A stretch of 64,000 bases of DNA from Eledone cirrhosa (GCA_964016885.1 OZ024763.1:3782001-3846000), one strand, 5' to 3'. Positions 14,001-28,100 are shown, numbered from the stretch's first letter. Notes: generated from the sequence alone by a model not told the origin. Numbers and translations are program-made.

Positions 14001-17000
14001 TATATAGATGTATAGAGGTAGGTAGATATACAGGTATATATAGATGTATAGAGGTAGGTAGATATACAGGTGTATATAGATGTATAGAGGTAGGTAGATA
14101 TACAGGTGTATATAGATGTATAGAGGTAGGTAGATATATAGGTATATATAGATGTATAGAGGTAGGTAGATATACAGGTATATATAGATGTATAGAGGTA
14201 GGTAGATATACAGGTTTATATCGATGTATAGAGGTAGGTAGATATACAGGTATATATAGATGTATAGAGGTAGGTAGATATACAGGTGTATATAGATGTA
14301 TAGAGGTAGGTAGATATGCAGGTATATATAGATGTATAGAGGTAGGTAGATATACAGGTGTATATAGATGTATAGAGGTAGGTAGATATACAGGTGTATA
14401 TAGATGTATAGAGGTAGGTAGATATACAGGTGTATATAGATGTATAGAGGTAGGTAGATATGCAGGTATATATAGATGTATAGAGGTAGGTAGATATATA
14501 GATGTATAGAGGTAGGTAGATATACAGGTATATATAGATGTATAGAGGTAGGTAGATATACAGGTGTATATAGATGTATAGAGGTAGGTAGATATACAGG
14601 TATGTATAGAGGTAGGTAGATATACATGTATATATAGATGTATAGAGGTAGGTAGATATACAGGTATATATAGATGTATAGAGGTAGGTAGATATACAGG
14701 TGTATATAGATGTATAGAGGTAGGTAGATATACAGGTGTATATAGATGTATAGAGGTAGGTAGATATACAGGTGTATATAGATGTATAGAGGTAGGTAGA
14801 TATACAGGTATATATAGATGTATAGAGGTAGGTAGATATACAGGTATATATAGATGTATAGAGGTAGGTAGATATACAGGTGTATATAGATGTATAGAGG
14901 TAGGTAGATATACAGGTATATATAGATGTATAGAGGTAGGTAGATATACAGGTGTATATAGATGTATAGAGGTAGGTAGATATACAGGTATATATAGATG
15001 TATAGAGGTAGGTAGATATACAGGTGTATATAGATGTATAGAGGTAGGTAGATATACAGGTGTATATAGATGTATAGAGGTAGGTAGATATACAGGTGTA
15101 TATAGATGTATAGAGGTAGGTAGATATGCAGGTATATATAGATGTATAGAGGTAGGTAGATATACAGGTGTATATAGATGTATAGAGGTAGGTAGATATA
15201 CAGGTATATATAGATGTATAGAGGTAGGTAGATATACAGGTGTATATAGATGTATAGAGGTAGGTAGATATACAGGTGTATATAGATGTATAGAGGTAGG
15301 TAGATATACAGGTGTATATAGATGTATAGAGGTAGGTAGATATACAGGTGTATATAGATGTATAGAGGTAGGTAGATATACAGGTATATATAGATGTATA
15401 GAGGTAGGTAGATATACAGGTGTATATAGATGTATAGAGGTAGGTAGATATACAGGTGTATATAGATGTATAGAGGTAGGTAGATATACAGGTGTATATA
15501 GATGTATAGAGGTAGGTAGATATGCAGGTATATATAGATGTATAGAGGTAGGTAGATATATAGATGTATAGAGGTAGGTAGATATACAGGTGTATATAGA
15601 TGTATAGAGGTAGGTAGATATACAGGTATATATAGATGTATAGAGGTAGGTAGATATACAGGTATATATAGATGTATAGAGGTAGGTAGATATACAGGTA
15701 TATATAGATGTATAGAGGTAGGTAGATATACAGGTGTATATAGATGTATAGAGGTAGGTAGATATACAGGTGTATATAGATGTATAGAGGTAGGTAGATA
15801 TGCAGGTATATATAGATGTATAGAGGTAGGTAGATATATAGATGTATAGAGGTAGGTAGATATACAGGTGTATATAGATGTATAGAGGTAGGTAGATATA
15901 CAGGTATATATAGATGTATAGAGGTAGGTAGATATACAGGTATATATAGATGTATAGAGGTAGGTAGATATACAGGTGTATATAGATGTATAGAGGTAGG
16001 TAGATATACAGGTGTATATAGATGTATAGAGGTAGGTAGATATACAGGTGTATATAGATGTATAGAGGTAGGTAGATATACAGGTATATATAGATGTATA
16101 GAGGTAGGTAGATATACAGGTATATATAGATGTATAGAGGTAGGTAGATATACAGGTGTATATAGATGTATAGAGGTAGGTAGATATACAGGTATATATA
16201 GATGTATAGAGGTAGGTAGATATACAGGTGTATATAGATGTATAGAGGTAGGTAGATATACAGGTGTATATAGATGTATAGAGGTAGGTAGATATACAGG
16301 TATATATAGATGTATAGAGGTAGGTAGATATACAGGTGTATATAGATGTATAGAGGTAGGTAGATATACAGGTATATATAGATGTATAGAGGTAGGTAGA
16401 TATACAGGTGTATATAGATGTATAGAGGTAGGTAGATATACAGGTATATATAGATGTATAGAGGTAGGTAGATATACAGGTGTATATAGATGTATAGAGG
16501 TAGGTAGATATACAGGTATATATAGATGTATAGAGGTAGGTAGATATACAGGTGTATATAGATGTATAGAGGTAGGTAGATATACAGGTGTATATAGATG
16601 TATAGAGGTAGGTAGATATACAGGTATATATAGATGTATAGAGGTAGGTAGATATACAGGTATATATAGATGTATAGAGGTAGGTAGATATACAGGTGTA
16701 TATAGATGTATAGAGGTAGGTAGATATACAGGTGTATATAAATGTATAGAGGTAGGTAGATATACAGGTATATATAGATGTATAGAGGTAGGTAGATATA
16801 CAGGTATGTATAGAGGTAGGTAGATATACATGTATATATAGATGTATAGAGGTAGGTAGATATACAGGTATATATAGATGTATAGAGGTAGGTAGATATA
16901 CAGGTGTATATAGATGTATAGAGGTAGGTAGATATACAGGTGTATATAGATGTATAGAGGTAGGTAGATATACAGGTGTATATAGATGTATAGAGGTAGG

Positions 17001-17345
17001 TAGATATACAGGTATATATAGATGTATAGAGGTAGGTAGATATACAGGTATATATAGATGTATAGAGGTAGGTAGATATACAGGTGTATATAGATGTATA
17101 GAGGTAGGTAGATATACAGGTGTATATAGATGTATAGAGGTAGGTAGATATATAGGTATATATAGATGTATAGAGGTAGGTAGATATACAGGTATATATA
17201 GATGTATAGAGGTAGGTAGATATACAGGTTTATATCGATGTATAGAGGTAGGTAGATATACAGGTATATATAGATGTATAGAGGTAGGTAGATATACAGG
17301 TATATATAGATGTATAGAGGTAGGTAGATATACAGGTGTATATAG
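11085..17345. repeat. 36-bp satellite (~6.3 kb) with a 3,014-bp higher-order repeat
   Basis: Unit GATGTATAGAGGTAGGTAGATATACAGGT(G/A)TATATA. Rare variants recur exactly 3,014 bp apart (11581/14595, 13727/16741, 14221/17235). Confidence 0.95.
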
Positions 17346-17864
17346 GTAGTTATGTATGAAGGTATACAGGTAGGTATGGATATTTATACAGACTGTATGT
17401 TCATACAGGTAGGTGTGTATGTGTGTACAGGTATACATGTAAGCAGGTATGTATACAAGTATATATGTATATATAGGCGTGTACAGGTAAACAGGTATGA
17501 AGCATTGTCAGTGTGAGTTTTTGTGATTTCAAACATAAAAAAACATATGGTGTCTTTATTCACAATTTTACACCTGAGCTGTTATATCCTGATTCAATTT
17601 GAATGGCTCAGGTAAATTACCTGTTGATTCGTCAGAAAACTGTTTCTTTAAAGATTCTTCTAATTTTTATTGTAAGTTATTTTCATGTTTCTAGGAAGTT
17701 TCCAGTCTTCCCGGTCGGTCAGTCTTGTGGTAACAATGTTTCACTTCATATTGCTCTAATCAACCCAGCTGAAAGAGTTGGGGTGCAGGTGGAGTGGAGG
17801 GGCTGATGTGTAAAACTCAATGAAAATATTGTTTTCTTGGTCAGATATTACAATTTGCTTATCA

Positions 17865-18060
17865 TCATCATCACCATCACCATCACCATCTTTTTACGAC
17901 CATTCTACCATCCTTGCATAGGTTGGATGGATCCTCCTCAGCACAACATTTCTCCCCTCACCATGGTCCTTTGTTATGTTCTCTGCAAGTCTCAACAATT
18001 TGAGATCACCTCTCACCACCTCTGCCCGGGTCTTTCTTGGTCTACTTCTACTGCAGCTTC
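17865..18060 (-). mobile_element. Diverged RTE 3' fragment
   Basis: Similar to the reverse complement of 10000-10190, with a (CAT)n tail. Confidence 0.65.
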
Positions 18061-18154
18061 TTTCCAATCTCTGTCTATCTATATCTCTCAGTCTGTCTAT
18101 CTATCTACCTACCTATTCATTTATTTATCTCTCTCTCTCTATATATATATATAT

Positions 18155-18370
18155 ATAGGAACGAGTAGGACCCCGACGGCTGAGCTCAAGCCGTTTCAAC
18201 GGCTAATTCTGGACTAAAAATCTATTTTTTAGTCCAGAATTAGCCGTCGAAACGGCTTGAGCTCAGCCGTCGGGGTCCTACTCGTTCCTATTACCCACTC
18301 TACTACCCTAAGTATTGAGTACTTTGGTGCGTTATGATCCACCTGGTTCCTTACCACATTTCCTTCGTTA
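18155..18370 (+). mobile_element. Near-perfect 137-bp hairpin plus conserved tail in (TA)n; Penelope-like terminal fragment with a hammerhead half-motif
   Basis: Arms 18155-~18220 and ~18225-18291. GAAACGGC-TTGAGCTCA-GCCGTC at 18249-18271. The tail is shared with copies at 10651, 30449 and 46280. Confidence 0.6.
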
Positions 18371-18389
18371 TATATATATATATATATAC

Positions 18390-18727
18390 CATCATCATCC
18401 TCATCACCATTTTACGTCCGCTCTTCCATGCTAGCATGGGTTAGACGGGTTGTCCTGTTGTGGGCAGTGTCCAGTCGGCTGACCTTGTCTTGCTCATACG
18501 GGAACTGATTCTGGCTTGATTTCTACAGCTGGATGCCCTTCCTAACACCAACCTCATTTACAGTGAGTGCTGGGTGCTTTTTTGCCGTGGCGCCTCCACG
18601 ACCACTTTGCAGTGGAATGATAGGGACCCCAGTCCCTATCATCTCATTTCTACAGCTGAGTAAACTGGAGCAATGTGAAATAAAGTGTCTTGCTCAAGGA
18701 AACAACACATCACCCGGTCTGAGAATT
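18390..18727 (-). mobile_element. SINE family A, 5'-truncated
   Basis: Near-identical to the reverse complement of the 3428-3766 body. Confidence 0.85.
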
Positions 18728-19974
18728 TGGAGTCGATAAAAGAAAGTACTTGTCAAGTACTGGGGCCGTTATAACCAACTCTCTTTCACCTGTCATCATC
18801 TCTGGCCTCCTGTCAAAATTAGAAACCATTAATCCTTCTCTTCCTCTTTGGGGTCCGAATATTGTTATTATCCCTTTTATCCATCGGGCCCAACACCAGG
18901 GCTAGTGGGGTAGTCATTGGATGGCACTGCTCCCCCTCTCTACTTTTCAATGGTCCACCCTCAGATTTCTAAAAAGAAATTACGGAGATATACCTTTATT
19001 TCGAAATCTCTCCTTAGACTTATTGTGAGTTAGGGTGTCCTCCCAGATTGTTCTGAAACCCCACCAAGCACCAAAGCCTGATGAGAGGCCACCTTGTGTC
19101 CCTGTTTGGGCCCTCGTATTGATATTAAACCTAACGTTAATCCCTGGTTTCGCTATGCGACATGTAGTTCTGGATCTTTACGTTTTGGGTTCAAATTCTA
19201 CCGAGATCGACTTTGCTTTTCATCATTCCGAGGTCGATAAAATAAAGTACCAGTCAAATACTGAGGTCGATATACTCGACTCTCGCCCTCCCTCCATAAA
19301 TTGCTGGCCTGGTGCCGAAATTAGAAATCATTATTCTTTCTGTCCATCCCTGGGCCCTCGGCTCAAGTCTGAAGCCGGGGGACCGCCGTCGTGATAAATG
19401 ATATGAATCGAATATTTGAATCTAGCGAACCCTATCCTTTTATATCTCTGGCCCCAATGAATGTCTCCCAGAGAGAAAGAAAGAAAGAGAGAGAGAGAGA
19501 TCCCAGTACTGGATTGGTCCTTTATTTTGTTGAACGTCGAAAAGACGAAAGACAAAATTAGCGGATTTTCTACTCAGAGTACAGAGAACCGGAACAAATA
19601 CCGCAAGACATTCTATCCGACGCTCTAACGACTCAACTAATTCACCGCCTTAGAAAACTGTTTCACCCTCTATGTAATGTTATCAGGTGATTATTGTTAT
19701 CTAAATGGCACTTTCCAAAATTGATCACACTAAACGGTTTCTACTGTATTTATATATGGGTATCTATTTCTATCCCATTTCGTATTTTTTTTCGTTTCAC
19801 TGCTTCATTTATTCTTTATAACACGTAACAAATGCATTAAATATCGTCTATCTTGATAAAAAAATAAAAAAAAAATAGGCAGAATTCCGAAATGAAAAAA
19901 ATAACCCGACTAAACTGTTTTTTAAAAAACTCTATTTAACAAACCACCTTTGGTCCTAAGATATAACTGTATAT

Positions 19975-19998
19975 ATTTAAGTAAATATATATATATAA

Positions 19999-20049
<51 letters not shown>

Positions 20050-20055
20050 ACTCTA

Positions 20056-20091
<36 letters not shown>

Positions 20092-20120
20092 ACTGTATAT
20101 ATTTAAGTAAATATATATAA

Positions 20121-20157
<37 letters not shown>

Positions 20158-20158
20158 A

Positions 20159-20193
<35 letters not shown>

Positions 20194-20226
20194 ACTGTAT
20201 ATATTTAAGTAAATATATATATATAA

Positions 20227-20267
<41 letters not shown>

Positions 20268-20268
20268 A

Positions 20269-20324
<56 letters not shown>

Positions 20325-20356
20325 CTGTATATATTTAAGTAAATATATATATATAA

Positions 20357-20401
<45 letters not shown>

Positions 20402-20402
20402 A

Positions 20403-20437
<35 letters not shown>

Positions 20438-20438
20438 A

Positions 20439-20481
<43 letters not shown>

Positions 20482-20514
20482 ACTGTATATATTTAAGTAA
20501 ATATATATATATAA

Positions 20515-20553
<39 letters not shown>

Positions 20554-20575
20554 ACTGTATATATTTAAGTAAAAA
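19975..20575. repeat. Compound (CT)n(AT)n microsatellite blocks repeated in higher-order units
   Basis: The spacer AACTGTATATATTTAAGTAAATAT recurs between blocks. Confidence 0.9.
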
Positions 20576-20934
20576 CCTTCCATCGTAATTCTATGTCAGA
20601 ACATTTTGTTAAGTTATCTTACAAGCACGAACTTAATGGTTATATTAGTAAATTCCTTCAAATTTATGACTATCTTGAAAATTCTAAGCAGTGTATTGCA
20701 TTAGAAGTATAGTCACGAAAGGGTTTAAAAACATTGAGACAAGGCAGGCAAATTGTAGGGAGGGAAAGTTGATTATATCGACCCTATACTAAACTGGTCC
20801 TTTATTTTATCGACCCTGGAAGGATGAAAGTTAAAGCTGACCGTCGGTGGGATTTGAACCTAAAGTCGTACCTAAGCATTTTGTTCGACGCCCTACTAAT
20901 TCTTCCAATGCACTGCTCACTATTTAAAATAATG

Positions 20935-21145
20935 ATTTCTAGTATAGGCACAAGGCCAGTAATTTGGGGGGAGCGGCGGAAAGTCGATTAAATCGATGCC
21001 AGTACGTTACTGGTACTTTATTTTATCGACCCCGGAAGGATGAAAGGCAAAGTTAACCTCAGCGAGATCTAAATTCAGAAAGTAAAGGGCTGTAACTCTA
21101 TGCTGCAAAGCATATTGTCCGACGCTTTACCGATACTGCCAATCC
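20935..21145 (-). mobile_element. tRNA-derived SINE family B (other copies near 19180, 19500, 20740, 21460, 25185, 25675, 45660, 61370)
   Basis: Shared core GAGTTCAAAT.CCGCCGAGGT..ACTTTGCCTTTCATCC..CGGGGTCGATAAAATAAAGTACCAG...AATTGCTGGCCTTGTGCC (sense strand). Confidence 0.75.
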
Positions 21146-22728
21146 TGTGCTTCCATTTAAAAAAAGGTAATAATAAAAATTAGAACTTTCTAGATTAAAG
21201 AATGTCTGCAATATCAGAATGGATAATGAGCTAATCAATCAAGTATGCGAAGGAAACAAACGAAAAGAGAGACACATAATTTCATGGTGGTTGGATATGG
21301 AGAGAAGTGAAATGGTGATAGTGATACATGAAATATTAAACATGGGAGGTATTTAAACCCCACTGTGTATATTACATGTTGATTAGCCCTCCCCCTACTT
21401 TCTCCATCGCTGGCTCGTGTATAATTCTTTTTAATTTAGACCCAAGTCTATCAATGCTGGTGGGAAGAGGGGATCGATTATGCCGACCCCAGTACTTGAT
21501 TGGTACTTTATTTTATCGACCCCAGAATTATGAAAAGCGATGTTAACCTCGGTGGAGTGTGCACCAGAACGTAAAGGGTCGTACTTGATTGGTACTTTAT
21601 TTTATTGACCCCGGAATTATGAATAGCAATGTTAACCTCGGTGGGATGTGAAACCAGAACGTAGAGGGCCGTAACGAAATACTGCAATACATTTCATCAT
21701 TTCATACAACACACAAATGTTTCTGTCATTCCATCGCCATCTTTCTCTTGTACAGTACGTATATGGTGTTTTTGTTTCGTCTCAGATCAACCCTGATTTA
21801 TCTGCCCAGATCGAATGACAGTTCCGGCTGCGGTAAACCCACCTTTTAAAGATATCGATGACTACATTATTTAACATGGCCTCGAGCAGGGTGGGGGTCA
21901 AACTCATGGACTCAAAAGAGACATTACAGCCCAATGGACCAAACGTGTGATGATATGGGAGATGGCATGATGTCCACCTGTTATAATGTTCATCTGCAAT
22001 ACAGCTGATAGGCTGCTTGTTTTTTCATAAAAATGAATACGTATTTGATAGTAAGTACAGATCTGCCAACCTCTAAAAACCCGAACGGGGAGTACCATGA
22101 AAAAAGGGTCGCAAAATGGGGAGATTCTACATAATGAAATCTATACGCATTTTCACGAGAGAAGATATGTCTCACTCACCCCAAAGTGGGTGGGAGATCT
22201 CCCCGTCCGGCGGGGAGAGTTGACAGGTCAGTAAGTGGTATATGTAAATTAGTACAAAATATAGGGGAAGACATTTTTGATGCAAATTTTCCTTAATTAA
22301 TCGCGAAAATCGTTCTGTCGTGGGTTATAGAAACTGCCTTAGAGACCCAAATGGCCTTGTGCCATAAGTAGAAACAATTATCTAAAATAGCAAATCTCCC
22401 AGGTAGTTCCAATGTTTGCTTCCATAAACAAAAACATCCGACTCTATAGGGACGATAGATATGTGGCTTGTATCATGTAGGAAAGCATGTTTTACTCTGT
22501 GCTATCTGAAATCGTTGCTGCTTACTATTTATTAGTACCAGTAATGCTCTGGGAAATTTCTGGCCTTGTACCAAACGTAGAAACAATTATATTATTTTAC
22601 AGTGAAATATTAGTTCTTAATCCCTAAAAACCCAGTGAAGCTTGTTAATAAAATGCTTGTATTAAACTCAACCAGCACGTCCATATATTGTGTGTGTATA
22701 CAAACACACATATAGATACATATACACA

Positions 22729-22799
<71 letters not shown>

Positions 22800-23944
22800 G
22801 TTTTTGCAAAGTTTTTGAAATGAAATCGTGTGACATTTGTAGCAAGAGTCACCTCCCCTGTTATGACGATGACATCAGCAGCAGCGCTGGTACAAATAAA
22901 GGAGTCTGACTGCATCGTCCGAAGAAACTAGACGTCAATAGCTTCGCTTTGGCGATTGAGCATGTGATGAGATCCCCACCATGGGACCTTCACGTGATAA
23001 TCACTGCAGTCTATTCTTCGGAACATTAAACATTCCAGGTATAACCAAAGCATTTATTCTTATTGTTATTTCATCGAATAACCGTGTCTTCTGAAATCCT
23101 TAATTCGTTCCTTGTTTTATAACGCTTAGCATGCCTGCCCTACTCAGCTCTACATGGCTCAACCTTGTTAAATAGATAATGTAAACAAGCCAAAGTCGTT
23201 GTCGATGTTCTTACCACATCTTTCTACAGAACTGGTCTCTCGTGGCGCTACTACCAACAACTTGTGCGGCCTTTATAATGATAAACAGACAACCGTGTGA
23301 ATCACTGATTATGATATGACCAAGAATTGTTTCTCTCTCTCTCCCTCTCAAGTCGGGTAAAGATTCCACGGTATTTACAAGAATATTTTCGTTTGTTTTA
23401 CCCAGTGACGAGAAAGTCTTATATTGGTAATTCTCCACTTTGCATGGTCCGCTCAACTTGTGTTTCTTAATTACGAAAGCAAGTAAACTTGGCTAAATTC
23501 CTTCCTTTTTTCTTTCTTTCTTTTCTTTTTTTCTTTTTTTACGATGCTCTCTTCTCTCTAATCATGGCCTGTCGTCTTATAAATTTCAGATCGATGACAT
23601 GCATGTGTATGCAATGACAGATATATACTGATATACATAGTGTGTCGGTGTGTGGAGGTAGAAATGTGTATCTGTGTAGCTGTATGTGTGTGTGGAGCTA
23701 GACATGTGTATGTTTGTGTGTGTAGCTGTATGTGTGGGGAGCTAGAAATGTGTATGTATGTGTGTGGGCAGCTGTATGTTTGTGTGTGTGCGCGTGCTTT
23801 ACACCTGACGTTTATGCAAGGTACGTATAAGTTACAATACTATAGATTATTGTACACACATGTATATACAGTATATATATCTATATATAGAGTATCTATG
23901 ATTCTGTATATCTACAGCCTATGTATGTATGTATGTATTTATGT

Positions 23945-24622
23945 CAGGTCACCAGTTGGTGCTACTGGTAACATGTATCCCAGTACAACCTGTCTCATGG
24001 TCGGGTCATTGGCGACTAAACTGGCAACCCCACCAAGGTTTCTTGGTGAGGAGGGTGACTTTGGACATCCTGCAGGACTAAAAACAAAACCTGTCAAAGG
24101 GCAAAGGAGCTCTTAAGAGTCAATGGCCATCCAAAATCACCGGGAGAGATGACCCCTTCGCCTTTGTCAAGGCAGAATTCTAGGAGAAGGAAAACTCTGA
24201 TATAACACCTGCAGCCCTGATGGTATCCAATGATGTTGACTTGTTCTTCTTTTTGGTAAATATCATCTTGGTTAAGAGAGTGGGACTGGCTTTGTGCAGT
24301 GCCTTTGCTCACTATAAAAGCTTCACGGCACAGGCATTGCTTTATATCTGGAGATCTCTCTGCACTTATCGTCACATGTTACCATGGGTCCAGCACTATG
24401 TGTCAATAATTGTCACAAGTGTAGTGTTTGTACCAGAGTTTTAAAGTCGCTGGCTGGACTAAAAAGTCACTCTCGTTCAGCGTATCGGTAGGGGTTCTCC
24501 TAGATGGAGATCCAGCCAGATCAGTTGGAGACAGTTGCTTCAGACAGGGCCTGCTGGAAGGAGTGTTTGAGGACTCTGTCCCAACAACCCTCTCAGGAAT
24601 AAGATGGAGGAGAAGAAGAACC
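23945..24622 (+). mobile_element. Degraded, internally deleted RTE-like element with (GAA)n tail
   Basis: The 3' frame LETVASDRACWKECLRTL* resembles an RTE C-terminus. The 3' end matches 26605-26670. Confidence 0.5.
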
Positions 24623-25839
24623 CTCAAAATTCTTCATTAATTAATTGAAATAGAGAATATGTCATTAAGAATATGAGGTTAACTCATCTTTCTCTTGTGC
24701 TAAGAGTGGGGGAAGGTGGTAGTTTGCTACCCTGCCCCCCCCCCCCCCCCCCAGCTAATTATCTCCCTACCGCTCTCCAGTTTCTTTCTATTTCCTGTCT
24801 TATTTTCTCCACCACCACCCACACACACCTTGCCTTCCTTCTCAATATTTCTCTTCCTTTTTTCTCTTTCTTTTTTTTTTTGTTTCAGTATCTTTTTTTA
24901 TTTTGCTTTTACTTTTTCTGTGCCTTTCTTTCCCTTTTTCTACTCCCCCCCCCCCCCCCCTCTCTCACTCTTGCTTTCATTTCCCTCCTCTTCTTTCTTG
25001 CTGATTTCATTCAGAGATGAGATAGGGGTATATATATATATAGGAAAATGTTTAACCCCGACGGCAGAGCTCAAGCCGTTTCGACGGCTATATGGTGGGT
25101 TAGAAATATATAGAGAGAGAATCAACCCCACTAATGGAGAGGATGAAACAGACATAAGAAACAACAACAACAACAATAATAATGGGTTCTACTTGAGGCT
25201 CAAGGCCAGCAATTTGGGGGAGGGGAAAGTCGATTAAATCGACCCGAGTGCATTACTGGTACTTTATAGTAGCGACCCCCGTAAGGATGAAAGGCAAAGC
25301 TAACCTCAGCAGGATTAAAACTCAGAACGCAAAGGGCCATAACTCTATGCCACAAAGCATGGTGTCTGACACTCTACTGATTCTGCCAATCTATTATGGA
25401 GAATACAAGCAACAGGGACATATGAAAATGTGTAAAAGAAAATAACAGGTAGCAATAAAGAACAAAAAAAAAAAGAAACCCTCAATAGGGAGGGGGGGGG
25501 AACACCACCCAGGGGTCATTTCAGAACCCTACAGATCCAAAACAGCCCACAACACCAGGTGCACCATCAGAAAGTGGCCCTCTCCTCTCTCTCTCTGCAC
25601 TCTTCAGTTTACAGGTGCATGCTCAGAGTAGGTCCATTCACTTGGGTGATCCTTAATAAATGTACTGTGGAGGGAAGGTGGCAAATTGGCAGAGATGTTA
25701 GAACATCGGATAGAATACTTTGTGCTGTTTGTTTCCTCTCTCTGCTCTCTGAGTTCAAATCCCGTCACGGTCAACTTTGCCTTTCATCCTTTTGAGATCA
25801 ATAACAGTACCAGTCTAATATTTGGATCGATTCTTCCTC

Positions 25840-26000
25840 TATATCTCTTTCTCACTTCCTCTCTTCCTCATTCTCTCTTTCTCACTTCTTCTCTTCCTCA
25901 TTCTCTCTTTCTCACTTCTTCTCTTCCTCATTCTCTCTTTCTCACTTCTTCTCTTCCTCATTCTCTCTATCTCACTTCCTCTCTTCCTCATTCTCTCCAT
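25840..26000. repeat. 30-bp pyrimidine-rich tandem repeat (about 5 units)
   Basis: Unit TTCTCTCTTTCTCACTTCTTCTCTTCCTCA. Confidence 0.9.
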
Positions 26001-26189
26001 CCATCTAAATATAAATAATAATGAAATTTTTATGTACAGTGCTCAGGTGCACTACAACTAACCAAAGGTGCATGTATAGTACATAGAATAATTGTTTCTA
26101 CTATTGGCACAAGGCCAGCAATTACCCCAGTACATTACTGGTACTTTATTTTATTGTGATATCACAACTGTATTTTATTGTGATATCAC

Positions 26190-26670
26190 AACTGTCAGAT
26201 GTAGAATCAGTTGGTTGGAGTTTGCAGATGATGGTGTTACTTAACTTGACAGAAGGTGATCTCCAACTTGCACTTGATAGGTTTGATGCCGAATGCTGCA
26301 TGGCTGGAATGAAAATCAGTGCTGTGAAAACTGAGACACACATCCTCTCAAAGAATCCTGCACAGTGCACTCTACATGTGAATGGAGTTCCACTGAAGTT
26401 CAAGTGTCTTGGGGCTGTGTTCACAAGTGATGGAAAGCAGGAGGTTGGTTTAAGAGCAAGAATTGCAGGAGCTGGTGCAGTAATGTGCCAGCATTCGGTA
26501 GTCAGAAGAATGGAGATAGCTGAAAAAGTGAAACTCACTACCTTCAATTCAGAATCCTTACTTGGGGTCATGGTTAAATTGGAGATTTGCTTTTGACAGG
26601 ACCCACAGGAAGTAGTGTTTGAGGACTCTGCCCCCACAATAATCTCGGGAATAAGTGAGTGAAGAAGAAC
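26190..26670 (+). mobile_element. Degraded RTE RT fragment
   Basis: DLQLALDRFDAEC..AGMKIS..KTE...FKCLGAVFTSDGKQE...ARI..A.AVM is the RTE RT thumb region. Confidence 0.75.
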
Positions 26671-26917
26671 TTTGCCTTTCGAGGTCGATAAATAAAGTAG
26701 CAGTCCAGCACAGACGTCGACCCTTCCTTGAGAGCATTTTTAGTTAATAATATCTACCCCAATACTTATTTTTTTCATATCTAGTATTTATTTTATCGCA
26801 CTTTTTTTTTTTTTTTGTTGAATTGTTAAGTTACAAGACAAAAACACAGACGCATTCATAAATGTATACACAGACAGACATTCACACTCACACACACACA
26901 CACACATATATATATAT

Positions 26918-27460
26918 TAAAGTTATATCTGTATAAATAGAGTGTGCAACCGAGACTGCACCAACATATATAAATATAACACCTACCTAATATGTAGCCT
27001 TGTAAACCTGCCAGAAAATACAAGTTTCCCTTTAATCGATTTTCGGATCTAATTTTCTGGTATGTTTATATGCCTATATATCAGATATGTGTATATATTT
27101 ATAAGAGGGTGTTAAAGTTTGCTTGAAGCATTGTGAAATGTGTAAAATACGTATTTAAGAAAGCCACAACAATGCAGAGGGAAATCTCGAGGTAGGAAGT
27201 GAAAGATAGATAGGAAAAACAGGTGAAAGTGAAAATTGAGAGAGACAAAGATGAAAACAAAACAACCCTTCTACCTTTGTTTTGTTTTCATCTTTGTCTC
27301 TCTCAATTTTCACTTTCACCTGTTTTTCCTATCTATCTTTCACTTCCTACCTCGAGATTTCCCTCTGCATTGTTGTGGCTTTCTTAAATACGTATAGTAT
27401 ATATTTATATACATTGGTGCAGTCTCAGTTACATACTCTATTTATACAGATACAATTTTA
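26918..27460. repeat. Nested inverted repeat: perfect 119-bp arms (27147-27265 / 27277-27395, 11-nt loop) inside imperfect ~60-bp outer arms; probable Penelope-like inverted terminal structure
   Basis: Arm symmetry was read directly. The intervening 26980-27146 has PCKPARKYKF, weakly like the CRH..K(Y/F) end of Penelope GIY-YIG ORFs. Confidence 0.7.
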
Positions 27461-27512
27461 TCATACACTTTGGCTGCTAGCACACTTCTTACTATATATA
27501 TATATATATATA

Positions 27513-27555
<43 letters not shown>

Positions 27556-27852
27556 ATCTAAGGCGGGTAAAATTCCCGAGATCCATGGACGAGTTCTCTC
27601 CAGCGGTTTCTGTCCCTCATTATCGCTGCCATATCCTGCATCTCCAACAGACCAGTGTCTGTCCTTAGGGCATCAACATATGTTAACCTTGGTCTTCCTC
27701 TTCTAGTGTGTCCATGTAGTGTATCATCATCATCATTTAACGTCTATCTTGCACGCTAGCATGGATTTAGATGGGAGCATATATATATATATGTGTGTGT
27801 GTGTGTATATGTATGTGTGTATATATATATATATACACATACATACATAGAC

Positions 27853-27885
<33 letters not shown>

Positions 27886-27924
27886 TAGACATATATATAT
27901 ATACACACACATAAATAATTGTTT

Positions 27925-28100
27925 CTACTTTTAGGCACAAGGCCAGCAATTACCCAGTGCATTACTGGTACTTTATTTTATCGACCCCGTAAGGATGAAA
28001 GGCAAAGTCAACCTCGGCGGGATTTGAACTCAGATCGTAAAGGGACGTAACTATGCTGGAAAGCATGGCGTCCGACCCTCTACTGATATTGCCAATCCAC
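27925..28100 (-). mobile_element. SINE family B, well-preserved copy
   Basis: Full family B core in reverse orientation. Confidence 0.8.

Noticed and set aside
11094-17438. 2,114-aa and 871-aa ORFs
   Set aside because: They are translations of a stop-free 36-bp satellite that drifts among the three frames at indels, with no protein-like complexity.
23211-23456. Minus-strand ORF ending at a GTAAGA donor, considered as a first exon of the Ly6-like gene
   Set aside because: It has no signal-peptide character and no supportable start or phase match.
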